Positions 26,950 through 39,161 of a DNA stretch of 63,723 nucleotides are shown one piece after another. The translations under genes and the position numbers were made by a program. Location: NCBI RefSeq assembly GCF_001194135.2, contig NC_068993.1, positions 1,924,039 through 1,987,761 of the forward strand, read 5' to 3'. The stretch is from Octopus bimaculoides. Its lineage: Eukaryota. Positions within the stretch are counted from its first letter, which is position 1; each line of letters begins with the position of its first letter. Under the pieces are notes generated by a model, which was not told where the DNA came from, searched no databases, and saw nothing but the letters and a program-made list of their open reading frames with translations.

Positions 26950-27112
26950 AGTATTGTTGAATAATACAGTTCTATATTTAAGAGATGAGGAATTATGTAC
27001 ATTATTTACATTATTTACATTTGATGGATATTTGTCCTCATCTTGTTTGTTGTTAACACAACGTTTCCGCTGATATACCCTCCAACCTTCACCAGGTGTC
27101 AGTATTGTTGAA
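26950..27112 (-). mobile_element. HH family 1 insertion with 12-bp TSD (AGTATTGTTGAA)
   Basis: TSD at 26950-26961 and 27101-27112. Body closely matches 33254-33349 and 56213-56328. Confidence 0.9.
27055..27100 (-). ncRNA. Minimal hammerhead motif, mutated (A6G)
   Basis: GACAC-CUGGUGA-A-GGUUG(GAGGGUAUAU)CAGCG-GAAA-CGU-U-GUGUU. Confidence 0.55.
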
Positions 27113-27755
27113 ATAGAATTACATATTAGATAATACAGTCTTCGAAAATAATCGTAGTAGTGGTCATTATTGGAATGTCTGAATCTTAGTTTTATTGCAC
27201 CACGTCTAACCTAAACTTTAACATTAACATCAAAAATGCTGTACAGTATTTATTAAGACCTCTCTGGTACTTTGCGCCCAGGAACTCTACATCTCTGATA
27301 CTCTATGCCCACATTTCATAGTAAATTAAGAGATTTGAATAAATCAGAGCAAAAGGAGAATTAGTGAATTCAGGTTCAAGTTTTAGTTAAACCAGTGGGA
27401 TGATTATGGGACAGAATATTAAGAATCATTGAATGTTCCGGTCAACCTTTCAGCTAAACCCAAATGATGTAAAGATGAAATGGAAGACAGAACAAGGAGA
27501 TACAAGAGGCATGTGAGATGAAAGATATGTCTTTAACTATCCCCCTTCTCTCTCTCCCTTTCTTTCTTCGTATCCCCCTCTCGCTTGTTGAAAAAGAACG
27601 ATGCAGGGAAAGAAAGAAAGAAACAACAAAGAAAAAGCAAAGAACGTGTGTTTAACTGGCGGAAATAATCTTTGTGTGAGTTTCACAGCTTGTCAGAACA
27701 ATAGAGCAGGAATCGGCGGGAAGAAACCGATAAAAATCGATTCCAGTAATAACGA

Positions 27756-27899
<144 letters not shown>

Positions 27900-28456
27900 C
27901 GATGGTGATGATGATGATGATGATAGTATTAATAATAGTGATATATTTGTTTTCTTCATTACCATAAAAAATAACGGTACATTTAAGAGGCTGATTACAA
28001 AATGTGTGACAGGATTACTAAAAAAAATTAAATTAAATGAGAAAGAAAGAGCAACATTTTGAATATTCTACGCATATTTGAAAAGAAAAAAAAATCATAG
28101 GAGAATGTCCCGCATTTAGGGCAAATCGAGAAGCCCCACAAACCCTGAAAAGCTAGAATAAATTCTCTCTTCCAGCTGTTGATCTGCTGCTGAGAAGCAT
28201 AAGCTGACACGTCCACTCACCTTAGGTGATGGCCATAAGTACGGCACAGACAATGGGAATAATAGGTTTCTTAAAAAGTATTGTTAGGGCACTTTTGATA
28301 AGGAGCAGGAAGGTTTTGGTTACGCTTGGGCACTTCTATACATGTATTCCAAGATGTACCCGTCTTGCTTTTAAAAAAGTGGGAGGTAACTCTTGATATA
28401 TTTCTGAAATCATGAACGATAAAGATAATGATAATAATTCTTTCTACTGTAAGCAT

Positions 28457-28493
28457 TCTTCTTCTTCTTCTTCTTCTTCTTCTTCTTCTTCTT

Positions 28494-28524
<31 letters not shown>
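28457..28524. repeat. (CTT)n microsatellite at the tail of a LINE-like fragment
   Basis: Direct reading. Confidence 0.97.
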
Positions 28525-28580
28525 TTACTGAGCGAGAGAGCAGCGCATGTCATCAAAGTGACACTGGGGTACAAATATAT
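28523..28580 (-). mobile_element. LINE-like 3' terminal fragment
   Basis: Near-identical reverse complement of 29043-29098. Confidence 0.75.
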
Positions 28581-28581
28581 A

Positions 28582-28658
28582 TGCCTGAAATTTGGGGGAG
28601 GGGGATAGTCGGTTGCATCAACCTCAATAATCAACTGGTACTTATTTTAATCGATAGG
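28582..28658 (-). mobile_element. SINE family A 3' fragment
   Basis: GCCTGAAATTTGGGGGAGGGG..CAACTGGTACTTATTTT matches 26170-26240. Confidence 0.65.
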
Positions 28659-28667
28659 CCACAGCAA

Positions 28668-29118
28668 ATATTCTGCTCGACGCCACAGATTTGCTTGTCA
28701 GTTGTTTGACCTTAACCAGTTGAGCACGTCCCTTTAATGGCTGACGATATGTAGTTGGGGAGCATCGTAACCATGTTTTGAAAGGAATTCCTTGGAGTTT
28801 GGATAACTCACCTCTGGAAACATGGGTGCTTCGTTCAAACATCCTTAAACGACCTTTGTTCAAGGACCTTTTGAGTGGGATGGGCTACTCGACTTGAAGA
28901 AAATTCTAACTGGGCCCCACCTGCAAGGTCATGCGCTGTTTGTCATGGTGTGGAATTGCTGTGCAGTGCACATGTGGTTGTGATGAATGTGCCTAGTGTA
29001 CCCTTATCAGACGGGTAGTCATGATGGGTATATTGGGCTTCGTATATTTTACCCCAGTGTCACTTTGATGGCATGCACTGCTCTCTCACTCAATAATAAT
29101 AATAATTATAATAATAAT
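28668..29118 (+). mobile_element. Probable LINE 3' UTR fragment with (AAT)n tail
   Basis: ~440-bp GC-richer non-coding block ending CTCTCTCACTC-(AAT)n. Terminal ~55 bp duplicated at 28523. Clade not determinable by eye. Confidence 0.55.
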
Positions 29119-29334
29119 AATAGTAGTCGTCATTGTTATCGTAGAAACCATTACACTCCTCCTTATCTTCCTCCTCCTCCACCCCTCTCTTCCTCCTCCT
29201 TCTCCTCCTCCTCCTCCTCCTCCTCCTCCTCAGCTTAATGAAAATAGCAATTGCTGTTGTATCTAGCAGCAGTAGTATTAGCGGTAGTAGTAATTTCGTA
29301 ATATTAATAGTAGTAACGACAGCAGTTGTAGCAA

Positions 29335-29388
<54 letters not shown>

Positions 29389-29559
29389 CAGTAGTAGTTG
29401 TCGTTATGGTATGGCAATGTTATTTTGTTGCTTTGTTATTAATCACAATTGCAATGATCTTTATAGTAAATCTGGTGATGGTGTTGATGATGATGATGAT
29501 GATGCCACCGCCGCCGACGACGACAACAACGACGATGATAATGATGACAATGATAACGG

Positions 29560-29602
<43 letters not shown>

Positions 29603-29870
29603 CGGCAACCACCACAAAACAACCTCAACCAGCAGCATCACCACGATCCTCCTCTTCCTCCTCCTGCACTTCTTCCTCCGCATTTTCATCTTCCTCATCT
29701 CCCCCTTCGTCTCTCCTCCTCTTCCTCCTCACCACAGTTTCATTTTTTCCTCGCTTTTCTGGCAAAAATATAAAGAAAAAAATCCAATGATACTACAAAA
29801 AAGAACAACAAAAAAAAACGAAACCAAAAATAATCAACAACAATAACAACAACAACAGCATGAAGAAGCA
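29090..29870. repeat. Compound trinucleotide mosaic (AAT, CCT, TAG, GAT, CTT, AAC)
   Basis: Successive trinucleotide runs; source of the 202-aa low-complexity ORF. Confidence 0.9.
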
Positions 29871-31115
29871 CAACACGAAAACAGAATCTATTTCGTATTA
29901 TCACTAATAACGGACACAAATGAATAAAGCAAAAACACGAACACAGCTCCAAAAGTCAAACAAAAAAAGAAATCTGTTATGAGAAATAAAAAAGCAACAA
30001 AAACAATTGACATAGGAATACCAGCAGCAAGCACAACAACAAGATGAAGAAGAACAATGGGTGATATTGAGCGAAAGACATAGAATAATTGGTAATATTG
30101 TTAAGATATACGTGTGTTGATTGTAACAGAGAGAAAGTTAGACAGACTGAATTAGTGGGTTTTTAATGAACAAAGGGTGCATAAGAGGTGGGTACGGGGT
30201 GGGATATCTAGCTTACGTAAGACAATGGAGTCCGTTGATGGATTTATTGGGAGAACACGGGGTAGAAAGAAACAGGAAGAGGAGAAGTGAGAGAATATAA
30301 GGCGCGAGGAAGAGACATGAGAAAGGAATGGAGGGCGAGACAGTAAATGTAAGCAGGATAAACAGAAGACTTCTATTAATAGCATTTTTCGTAAATAAAC
30401 AGAAATAGAATAAACACACACACATATATATATATAAATACAAATGTTTGATAACTTATTTCAATGTATGCTTGTTTTTGTAGGTTTGTGTGTGGTGTAA
30501 ACGTATTTCGTCTTCTAATTCAATGATCAGAATAATGTTAATAACTATAGTTAGAAGTTCTTTCTGAGAAGTAAACATGTTTAAGGAAACTTATTGCATC
30601 GCAAGTGCTGTATTGTCGAATATTTTATCTTTACCTGGACAAGAGAGTTAAAAAAGTAAACAAACATAAATTGAATAACAAGGCAAACAACAATAACAGC
30701 AACAACAACAGCAGCAGCAGCAACAACAACAGCAACAACAACAACCATGAGAGAAGCAGCTTCAGAAATATATGAATAACCAGTTGTGGCATCAACGATA
30801 CAACGAACTCTCAAAATACTTCTCCAAACTGTGTGACGTTGATACACACACAACAATGGGAGCCATGAGCTGGTCATTCAACCTGCTAGAAATAGCAGCG
30901 AAATGTCATTTAAATCAATCGATACATATTGTCTAGAGTAAAAAGGTGTCACCTCGTTTTAGACATATTCTATAGGCGAAGTGTTCATGGTTGGAATGGA
31001 TTTGATAAGATGTCTCCTCAGTCAAGGTTAATCACTTGCTACGCAGCAACGTGGCTGTACCTTGACCAGTGACAAAGCTCCAACGAAAACACAGCATTCA
31101 ACACTCACCTGGTGG

Positions 31116-31116
<1 letters not shown>

Positions 31117-31184
<68 letters not shown>

Positions 31185-31204
31185 GCTACTGCTGCTGCTG
31201 CTGC
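31117..31204. repeat. (CTA)n-(CTG)n microsatellite
   Basis: Direct reading. Confidence 0.95.
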
Positions 31205-31770
31205 TTCCATTATTATGACTACAACTACACATCTTAAAATATCGCTATACACTCAAGTTATTCTGTCTCCTCTCTCCCGCACCTTTCTATAAAGTTGTAA
31301 CGAAGGCAGAAAAGAAAGGCCATCTGATTAAATAAGAATGAACTACGAAGCCAGGACTTACCTAATACTGAAACTGAATAAATCCAGTCATTCTGAGTGA
31401 AAACTAATAGAAATATTCTTATTGAGGTGATTATTAGAAAATTAGTGAACTAGAAGCTAGAGTTAGAGAGATATTATTATGGTTGTACTGGAGCAATGAT
31501 ATCAATCGAGGCGACAAAACTAGCAAAATGGCGGCAGGAGATTTTAAATTTACCAGACGAGTTGTGTGTTCGTGTCTGTACTTTTGCAGCAGAGAAAATA
31601 CACAAATATAAATCTATAGACATACATATGTATAGAAAAACATATAAATGCAAATAGATAGGTACATGTATACATAAATACACATATAAATAAACGTATA
31701 TTGATGCGTAACATATGCAAACACACATAAATAAAGCACACAGACACACACACACAAATACACACTCACA

Positions 31771-31811
<41 letters not shown>

Positions 31812-31942
31812 TCGTTCGTAGCAGTTGAGTCCGAAGGAGATTAAGCTATAAATAATAGTGTGTAAACATTAGATTAAAAACACCTTTGAAATGACGTATC
31901 GAAGGCTGGCCAATATTTACACGTTGTTATCTATAACTGGTC

Positions 31943-32135
31943 AAGGCTGCAAATTGGCAGAAGTGTTAGCACGCCGGACGAAGTGCTCAATAGCATTTCA
32001 TCGGTCTTTAGGTTCTGAGTTCATATTCCTCCGAAGTCGGTTCTTCCTTTCGTCCTTTCGGGGTCAATAAAAATACCAGTCGAGCACTGGGGTCGTTCTA
32101 GTCTCTTTGGCCCTTCCCCTAAAAAAATTTCTAAA
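31943..32135 (+). mobile_element. SINE family A copy
   Basis: GGCAGAAGTGTTAGCACGCCGG head, TTCTGAGTTCATATTCC B-box, CCTTTCGTCCTTTCGGGGTC core. Confidence 0.85.
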
Positions 32136-32169
32136 TAGTTTCTAAACTCATATGTATGTATATATATAT

Positions 32170-32229
32170 GACACGCTTCTTTCAGTTTCCCTCTACCTAC
32201 CAAATCGACACAAGGCTTTGATCGGCCTG
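32170..32229 (-). mobile_element. SINE family B fragment
   Basis: GCTTCTTTCAGTTTCC..CAAATC..CAAGGCTTTGATCGGCC is the complement of 15000-15050. Confidence 0.6.
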
Positions 32230-32276
<47 letters not shown>

Positions 32277-33303
32277 CAGTCATTGCTGTTATGTATTTCT
32301 GTCAGTATTTTTTCTGTAGGAAAGAACCACTTCTCACTTCTTTATTTCTCACCTCTTCACAACTGTCGTATATAAAGTTATGTTTTAATCAGATACTGAA
32401 CGTTGTCTGAGAGTCCTACCTTGAGTTATAACATCATTATATCCGAGAAGTATCTGATCCCCACTACCTTATTTTCTCTGTCCGTAGGCATTAGATATCT
32501 CACTAATGACCGTTGCACGTTGTTCATGGTTCTATAACGTTAAGTTACTGCCGATCGTTAAGTTCGTTATCCAAATTTCTGCTACATAACTGGAAGGGTG
32601 CATGGACTCACAGCTAACGAGAGGTTCGCATGTCTATTTGTCCTTTTCTGTTAATTGTTTCTAAGTTATATCCCTTCTGCTTATACACATAGGTGTACAT
32701 AAATAAGTATATGAAATGTAATATATAATACACAATACAATATAATATATCATATATATATAATGCACACCAACATATGGGGAGTGAAACGCACACAGAC
32801 GCAGTCATATAAATCTGTGCATATAGATTAAATTTATATTCATACATGCAGAAATGTGAATATATATTTACATACATATATTCACATACATATGTGTACG
32901 AATGTATATGCTTACATATAAAGTCTAATACGTTGATAAATAGAAATATAGTTATTTGAAACTATATAAATATATATACATACACACACATATATAAACC
33001 TTTCTTGTCTACTGAACTCAGCTCACAAATGTTATGGGTCGTTAATCTGTGTTTGATGACAATTGCTTAAGATGTCACGCTGAGGGATTTCGCGCGGAAT
33101 TATTTTGTTGCGAAACAGATTTTTAACCATGCATTATGCTTGCACTTGAACCCATGCTATTGATCTTTGGTAAAAGCTATCGGTTATACACTAATACTTT
33201 TGTGGGATGACGAAATAATTTGTAGTTGTACAGGTAGTAGTAGTAGTAGCAGCTGTACATTATTTACATTTGCCGGATATTTGTCCTCATTTTGTTTGTT
33301 GTT

Positions 33304-33349
33304 AACACAACGTTTCGGCTGATATACCCTCCAGCTTTCATCAGGTGTC
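33304..33349 (-). ncRNA. Minimal type-I hammerhead ribozyme (HH family 1)
   Basis: GACAC-CUGAUGA-A-AGCUG(GAGGGUAUAU)CAGCC-GAAA-CGU-U-GUGUU. Both conserved boxes intact, 5-bp stem I, palindromic ACGU stem III; first stem II pair is an A-C mismatch. Confidence 0.7.
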
Positions 33350-33402
33350 TTGGGGAAATTTCGAACCTGGGTTCTAATTCCTAAGGTATTTTTCGATGTT
33401 GC

Positions 33403-33447
<45 letters not shown>

Positions 33448-33468
33448 CATTATTATTATTATTATTAT

Positions 33469-33544
33469 TCAGGCCACTGCCTGGAATCGAACTCGGAATC
33501 TTGGGGTTAGTAGCCCGCGCTCTTAACCACTACGCCATATGCCC
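33469..33544 (-). pseudogene. tRNA-like sequence (Thr/Asn class), probably a SINE head rather than a functional tRNA
   Basis: GGGCATATGGCGTAGTGGTTAAGAGCGCGGGCTACTAACCCCAAGATTCCGAGTTCGATTCCAGGCAGTGGCCTGA. A-box TGGCGTAGTGG, B-box GAGTTCGATTCC, loop CT-ACT-AA (one change from Thr AGT). Acceptor, anticodon and T stems are mismatched. Confidence 0.7.
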
Positions 33545-33591
33545 ATCAAATGTAAATAATGTACATAATTCCTCATCTCTTAACTATAAAA

Positions 33592-33594
33592 CAA

Positions 33595-33653
<59 letters not shown>
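33592..33653. repeat. (TAG)n microsatellite flanking the tRNA/HH element
   Basis: Direct reading; (TAG)n is also on the other side at 33235-33250. Confidence 0.95.
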
Positions 33654-35490
33654 TACACTGACTTTCTGTTTCATTCCACCCGTTTTTCTTTTTAAAACAA
33701 TAGTCAATAGCAGTGTCCTTCCTGTATTGTATTTGCTATCCAAATTATTCTGCGCACATAGAGTTTTGGTAGACAATCAAACTATGCAGAGACACAATGT
33801 ATGTTGTTTATATCTGTTAAAGAAAGACTAAACGAAGCAAAAAACAAAACTAATCAGAAATCACATGAAAGTTTATAGATTTACTGAAAATAGCTTTCGT
33901 TGTAGCTTTTAGCGACAATACACTGAGTGTTATACTTTCTCAGGAGCTTATTTTGAATATTTCATTCTTGAAATTGTTTTAGGGGAAAGGATATCTAATT
34001 TCGGAAGTGACTAAGAAAAATAAGCTACTAATTGTGTTGGTCAGTTACCAGCAATTCATCAAGAAAACCAGATGTACTTTGTGAAAATCAATGAAGACAC
34101 AAACAACCTTTTGACACGAACGACGGGCCTATGAATTGTATGCTATTTATCTCCCTTAGTTTCTTGCTCTTTCGTAAAGAAAGACAAGTTGAATAGCCAT
34201 TAGTGACTATTCACATGCACAGCAATCTTCTAATTTTTGCTGTCTTCCTCTACATTATGAGATTGGTGCATTATCTGGTTGCAGATATGTCCTTCCTACA
34301 TAACATTAGTTCGTCTGATACTAGAGACTTTTGGTACCACTAAATATTTTCATCAGACGGTGTAATGCTGCATTTAAAGATTATAGCTGAAACAATTTTT
34401 TCCTTTTACTCCTACTCTTGTCTTTAGAATTTCTTTATGCAACGCAGAGTTCACTATAGCACAAACGGTATTTCTTCATTTAGAGTAAGTTCAGAAGGCA
34501 GTAAAATACTTTTATGAATATATTTTATTAACATACTTGCTGAAGAATTTGCTGTAGCATTTGGAAGAGCTGCGAGTTATCGAGAGATAAGAAACGATGT
34601 TTGATATATTCATATTTCTTTCAGAATATTTATTCTCCTTGAAACATATTCATGCATTCATAAGAAATAACGAAATTAAAGCACTTTCTCGCAGAAATTG
34701 TTGCTGAATTTTCTTTCCATTTCAATTTATATTGTTAAAAAATATTCAAGAGTTTATTTTATTATTATTGCATGCGTAAACACATAAGATTCTGTCAAAT
34801 AGAAGAATTTTTAAAAGTATCATTGAATTACGGTGATGAAAACTATAGATTCCGATCTGTTGTTTTGTTTGCCTTCGTATAAATTTTATCCTACACTTAA
34901 AAGATATGCATAAAAATAATATTCGCTAAGCAATAATGTATTCATACACACACATGCACAAATATAAACATATATATATATATGCATATACATGCTTATA
35001 TAGGAATATACGAAAATAACGTATAATTGGATCCTGCAAACGGTTCCCACAAATGAAAGATCTGTTGGTTCAATCAACAGAACTACCTATACATATTTTA
35101 TTTCTAAAGACTGGGTATTTCACTGACGCAAGCTCTCTTAATATAACATTGCTTGACACAAGTGAACATCCAAATTACCGGTGCGTATGCTGTTTCTGCC
35201 GTCCTAATTTCTCAAACAGCACTGACGTCAACTTGCGACTGTAGTAGAAAAACACTGAGTATAAAATATGCTGGAGTTTGTATAAAAACATATACATGTG
35301 TTTCTATCTGCTAATATATATCTCATATAGCCGCATATGTATATAAATATCTCATATAACCGAACTTCATTTGTTTAACTGAATTAGTTTATTGCTCAAT
35401 ACTAATTACTAATTAATTTGGAATAAATATAAATGACCAACGTCAATGGATATTTCAAAACACACAAAAGCCCTAATAAAGGAAAGTGTA

Positions 35491-35534
35491 TGCTCCAGTG
35501 TGGCCGCAGTCAAATGACTAACACAAGTAAAAGA
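35491..35534 (+). mobile_element. SINE family B extreme 3' fragment
   Basis: TGCTCCAGTGTGGCCGCAGTCAAATGACTAACACAAGTAAAAGA; inverted relative to 35563-35606. Confidence 0.8.
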
Positions 35535-35555
35535 ATATGTGTGTGTATCTATATT

Positions 35556-35848
35556 CTTTTACTCTTTTACTTGTTTCAGTCATTTGACTGCTGCCATGCT
35601 GGAGCACGGCCTTTAGTCAAGCAAATCGACCCCATGACTTATTCTTTGTCAGCCTAGTACTTATTCCATCAGTCTCTTTTGCCGATCCGCTGAGTTACAT
35701 GGACATAAGCACACCACCATCGGTTGTCAAGCGATGTTGGGGGACAAACACACACACACACACACGGCTCGAGGCTATAGTAGAAGACACTTGCCCAAGG
35801 TGCCACGCAGTGGGACTGAACCTAGAACCATGTGGTTGGTAAGCGAGA
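35556..35848 (-). mobile_element. Bipartite SINE family B with internal (TG)n, partly deleted
   Basis: Tail (AGTAAAAG)2 at 35556-35570, distal half to 35745, CA run, head fragment at 35763-35848. Confidence 0.9.
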
Positions 35849-36729
35849 TGAAAGGCTAAAAAGCAAGATACTAATTTTAACTCCCAGACAATTTTAACTC
35901 TCGATATCCAACGAGTCCTGTAAACAATCGCCTCGATTAGATAGAAATGTGAACATAACGTCCGCATGAAGCTGCAGGTGCGTGAGTCGACTTGTGAAGA
36001 AAAACATGTGACTCTGAGAACATCCAGGCGTTATGAATGTAACATTTGAAAAACTACAAATACCTGATGTAACTCACAGCTGTAAGAATTTGCGACATTA
36101 GGCCATTATCTAAATACCTATTTTTGGTGAAGGGATTTTTAAACACAGAAATTAATTAATATTCAGGTAATTTAAAGTTTTATATCTTGGTAAATTTATC
36201 TGATCAATTTTGGATTCGGAACCGAATTCTTCAAGTTGAGATTGTTTACGACAAATTGAAAGTATCATTTGAGTTACACAGGTATTTTTGTTGCGTGACA
36301 ATAGTTGTGACTCTCACAAACACAAACTCGCATACATACACACTCATACACACACACACGTATGTACATAGAGACATATCCGCTCTTTGCAGTCTTCCAT
36401 GCTGAAGCAAACGCACACGTACACACAGTAACAGAACCACCTGCACATTCACACATTCACACATACGTTCATACATAAATAATATTATTTGTAGATTGGC
36501 AACAGGTCCAACGCGACACGTGTGCATGCTCTCATGCAGAGGAAACATATTTTTGCCTCGAGTCTTCTACACACACGAAAATACATACAAACATGCATAC
36601 ATATACAGTTGCATACATACATACATACATACATACATACATACATAGAAGGCCTACATTGACGCACAAATAAGTGTCATAGAAAAACACATATGCATAC
36701 AACATGAACACACAAATACACTCACACAA

Positions 36730-36731
<2 letters not shown>

Positions 36732-36824
<93 letters not shown>
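36732..36824. repeat. (CA)n microsatellite; another at 37446-37530
   Basis: Direct reading. Confidence 0.97.
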
Positions 36825-36825
<1 letters not shown>

Positions 36826-37444
36826 TGTATCTTATTGATTCGACGCTAATAAACACACGAGGTAAAGAAAATGTAAAAGTTTCCAACAGGTTGCCAACTG
36901 AATGCAAATGAATTTATGGTCATTCCGTAAGTGATTCTCTATTTTGGGGTCATTATCCCTCCCTAATCAAATGAAACAGCGTGCTTAATGATTAACTAAC
37001 GTTTCAGGATATTTATCACCAACTTGTTCTACTCTTGGCCCCAAACAATCTGTTTCCATCTGTTGAAATGATTACCAAAGCAATAATTGAACAATCTGAT
37101 TGGTTTCGTTCATGCGCGAAATAATCCGGTCCCGATTCACTTTCTATTCACTTAGGAATGATGTTATCAAAGTACTTTGTCAGTATTTTATCAACATATT
37201 ACTTTGTCCGAATACTGTTTCAGTATGTTTAATAATGTCGTTGTGTAATAACCACTGTTTAGCCACACTCTAACAGATATATACTGCTTGCTAAGCCAGT
37301 TGACGGGATTATTACTGTAAAACATTTCATGGTACCATTCTGTAACGCTCGTATTGCTTATATGATCTCTTGCTGGCGGTGAGTTGAAAATAGCTTCAGT
37401 AATACATATGTACAGCTCGTGAAAAATAGCCATTTGTTATCGTG

Positions 37445-37533
<89 letters not shown>

Positions 37534-37782
37534 TTACTGCTTTTCAGACCTGTTGTTAGTTTTGTGAAATAACTTGAGTAAGCCACGCACTGCTCATTAA
37601 AACTGTGGTTGATCTTATTTTGAAATATTTAATATCAAACATCGGTACGCGCATCTGAAATATTGTGAAATATTGAATGTCACTGTTTGTTCAAATCCGC
37701 AGCAAATGTTATTGTGAAATCAATAGTATCGGTGCATGTCTCATGGCTGATTATAAAGAAAACAGAGAGAGGAGAGAGCTAA

Positions 37783-37915
37783 TACTTTATTTATCGACAC
37801 AGAAAGAATAAAATGCAAAGATGTCCTTGGCGGGATTCGAACTTGGACAGCAGAGACAATGAATAAATACAACAATACGTATCATTTGACACTAGAGACG
37901 CTGTCAATTCACCAT
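37783..37915 (-). mobile_element. SINE family A, highly degraded
   Basis: TTTATTTATCGAC..GAAAGAATAAAATGCAAAG..CCTTGGCGGGATTCGAACT follows the complement of the core and B-box. Confidence 0.5.
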
Positions 37916-39093
37916 CTTTTTGTAGTCATTTTTTGCAGTTTCTGTCACGCCATTCCCTTTAAGAGGTGATATAAGGTTATGTCAAAGTTTCATTTGTTAA
38001 AAATGATAATTTGAACTTCGACAAAAATTATAGATCTTTCAGTCAGTGTTGTCTGGAGAATCCATTTCTATTTTTATGTGGAGAATCAATCTGTTGTCGG
38101 AGAGAGTCTGGTATTCGCTTCAGGTCAGTAGTTACCAGTCAACTCGATATTATTAAGTATTTTCGTTCATGCGAGTTCGGTGTCGTAAGTAGTTTATTTT
38201 CCCATCTTAAATGCCATCTTATTTCACTTACGGCGATACACAGTTAAGCCTCCGGGTCAGATACGAGCATCTCAACTCTACAATATATACTTTTTAAACA
38301 TATAGAGCATTTTTACTTTGCTAAAAATGAATGATTTATCCTTCTATTGTATTTTGTTATGTGTTTTACTAGTAAAACAACTGAAATGAAATAGAAAATC
38401 TGTGAGATTTAGTGTGAACGCATTTTCTGTAGGGCACCAAACTAGATGTTGTAGAGAATTCACAAAAAAGGGGCAGACAACTAGGAAATACCAATCACTA
38501 ACAGGTAGATTTCTTTTCATGCCAATTACTGCTTCCTGTGTTCTCGGTCTCCAGATCGTTGCTCTCCGTCAAAATTAAATAAAGCAGGCAAAATGGCGGA
38601 TATATTCCTGGCTGTTCCTTGTGGCAACATATTTACCATCTTCTCCAAAGAACAGAGACAGGTCATTGAACAAAATGTGTAGTGCTGTGTAATTATCATT
38701 TTTGTTTTGTCTTTGATGTGTACATATTTTGGATAAAATCGATATTGTTGCATTATTTAAAAGTTCCAGTTTTAAAATAACCGAACCTATTTCTAAAGAT
38801 AGTGAACTTCCAAATCCAGATTTCACATAAAACGGCCAACATAGGCAATTCATTCTTTTATTTTTGCACAGGTTATAAATAATATATTGTTATTCGTAGA
38901 TGTGGTTAAGCTTCCATTACAGAATTGAAGTTACGGTAACCGCAAGCCAGTTATCTGTCCAGTATTACGTTAAGCATCAAATCTGAGATTTTCGGAATAG
39001 CATGAGAGTAAGAGATACAATGTCTCTTCTTGTGAAAATAACCTTAAACATGTCATCTTTCTTGCAAAAAGCAGGGATAGAAAATCGCTCCAA

Positions 39094-39161
39094 TTATGTC
39101 TCTATATCTTCATCAAACACTGTGACAGATTCTTTGCAATCTGTGTACAAAACATCCCGCT
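39094..39161 (-). CDS. Weak candidate terminal exon (xRDVLYTDCKESVTVFDEDIET*)
   Basis: Strong acceptor TTCTTGTTATATTTTCTTTAG| and a short acidic frame; no homolog recognised. Confidence 0.2.

Larger units (their letters stand above)
33254..33585 (-). mobile_element. tRNA head + (AAT)n + hammerhead-bearing HH family 1 body, with inverted 3' end at 33545-33585
   Basis: Minus strand: 76-nt tRNA-like head, ~20 AAT units, then a body matching 56170-56328 including the ribozyme. Confidence 0.8.

Noticed and set aside
28168-28405. Apparent exon with acceptor/donor signals on both strands
   Set aside because: All frames between the splice signals contain stops.
29238-29846. 202-aa ORF with poly-V/M/T blocks; similar ORFs at 27601-28062 and 42458-42862
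   Set aside because: Compound trinucleotide arrays, open in several frames on both strands, with no splice or domain evidence.
33469-33544. Functional tRNA-Ser(ACT) gene
   Set aside because: Acceptor, anticodon and T stems are mismatched, an ACT anticodon is atypical for eukaryotes, and it is followed by (AAT)n rather than a T-run terminator.
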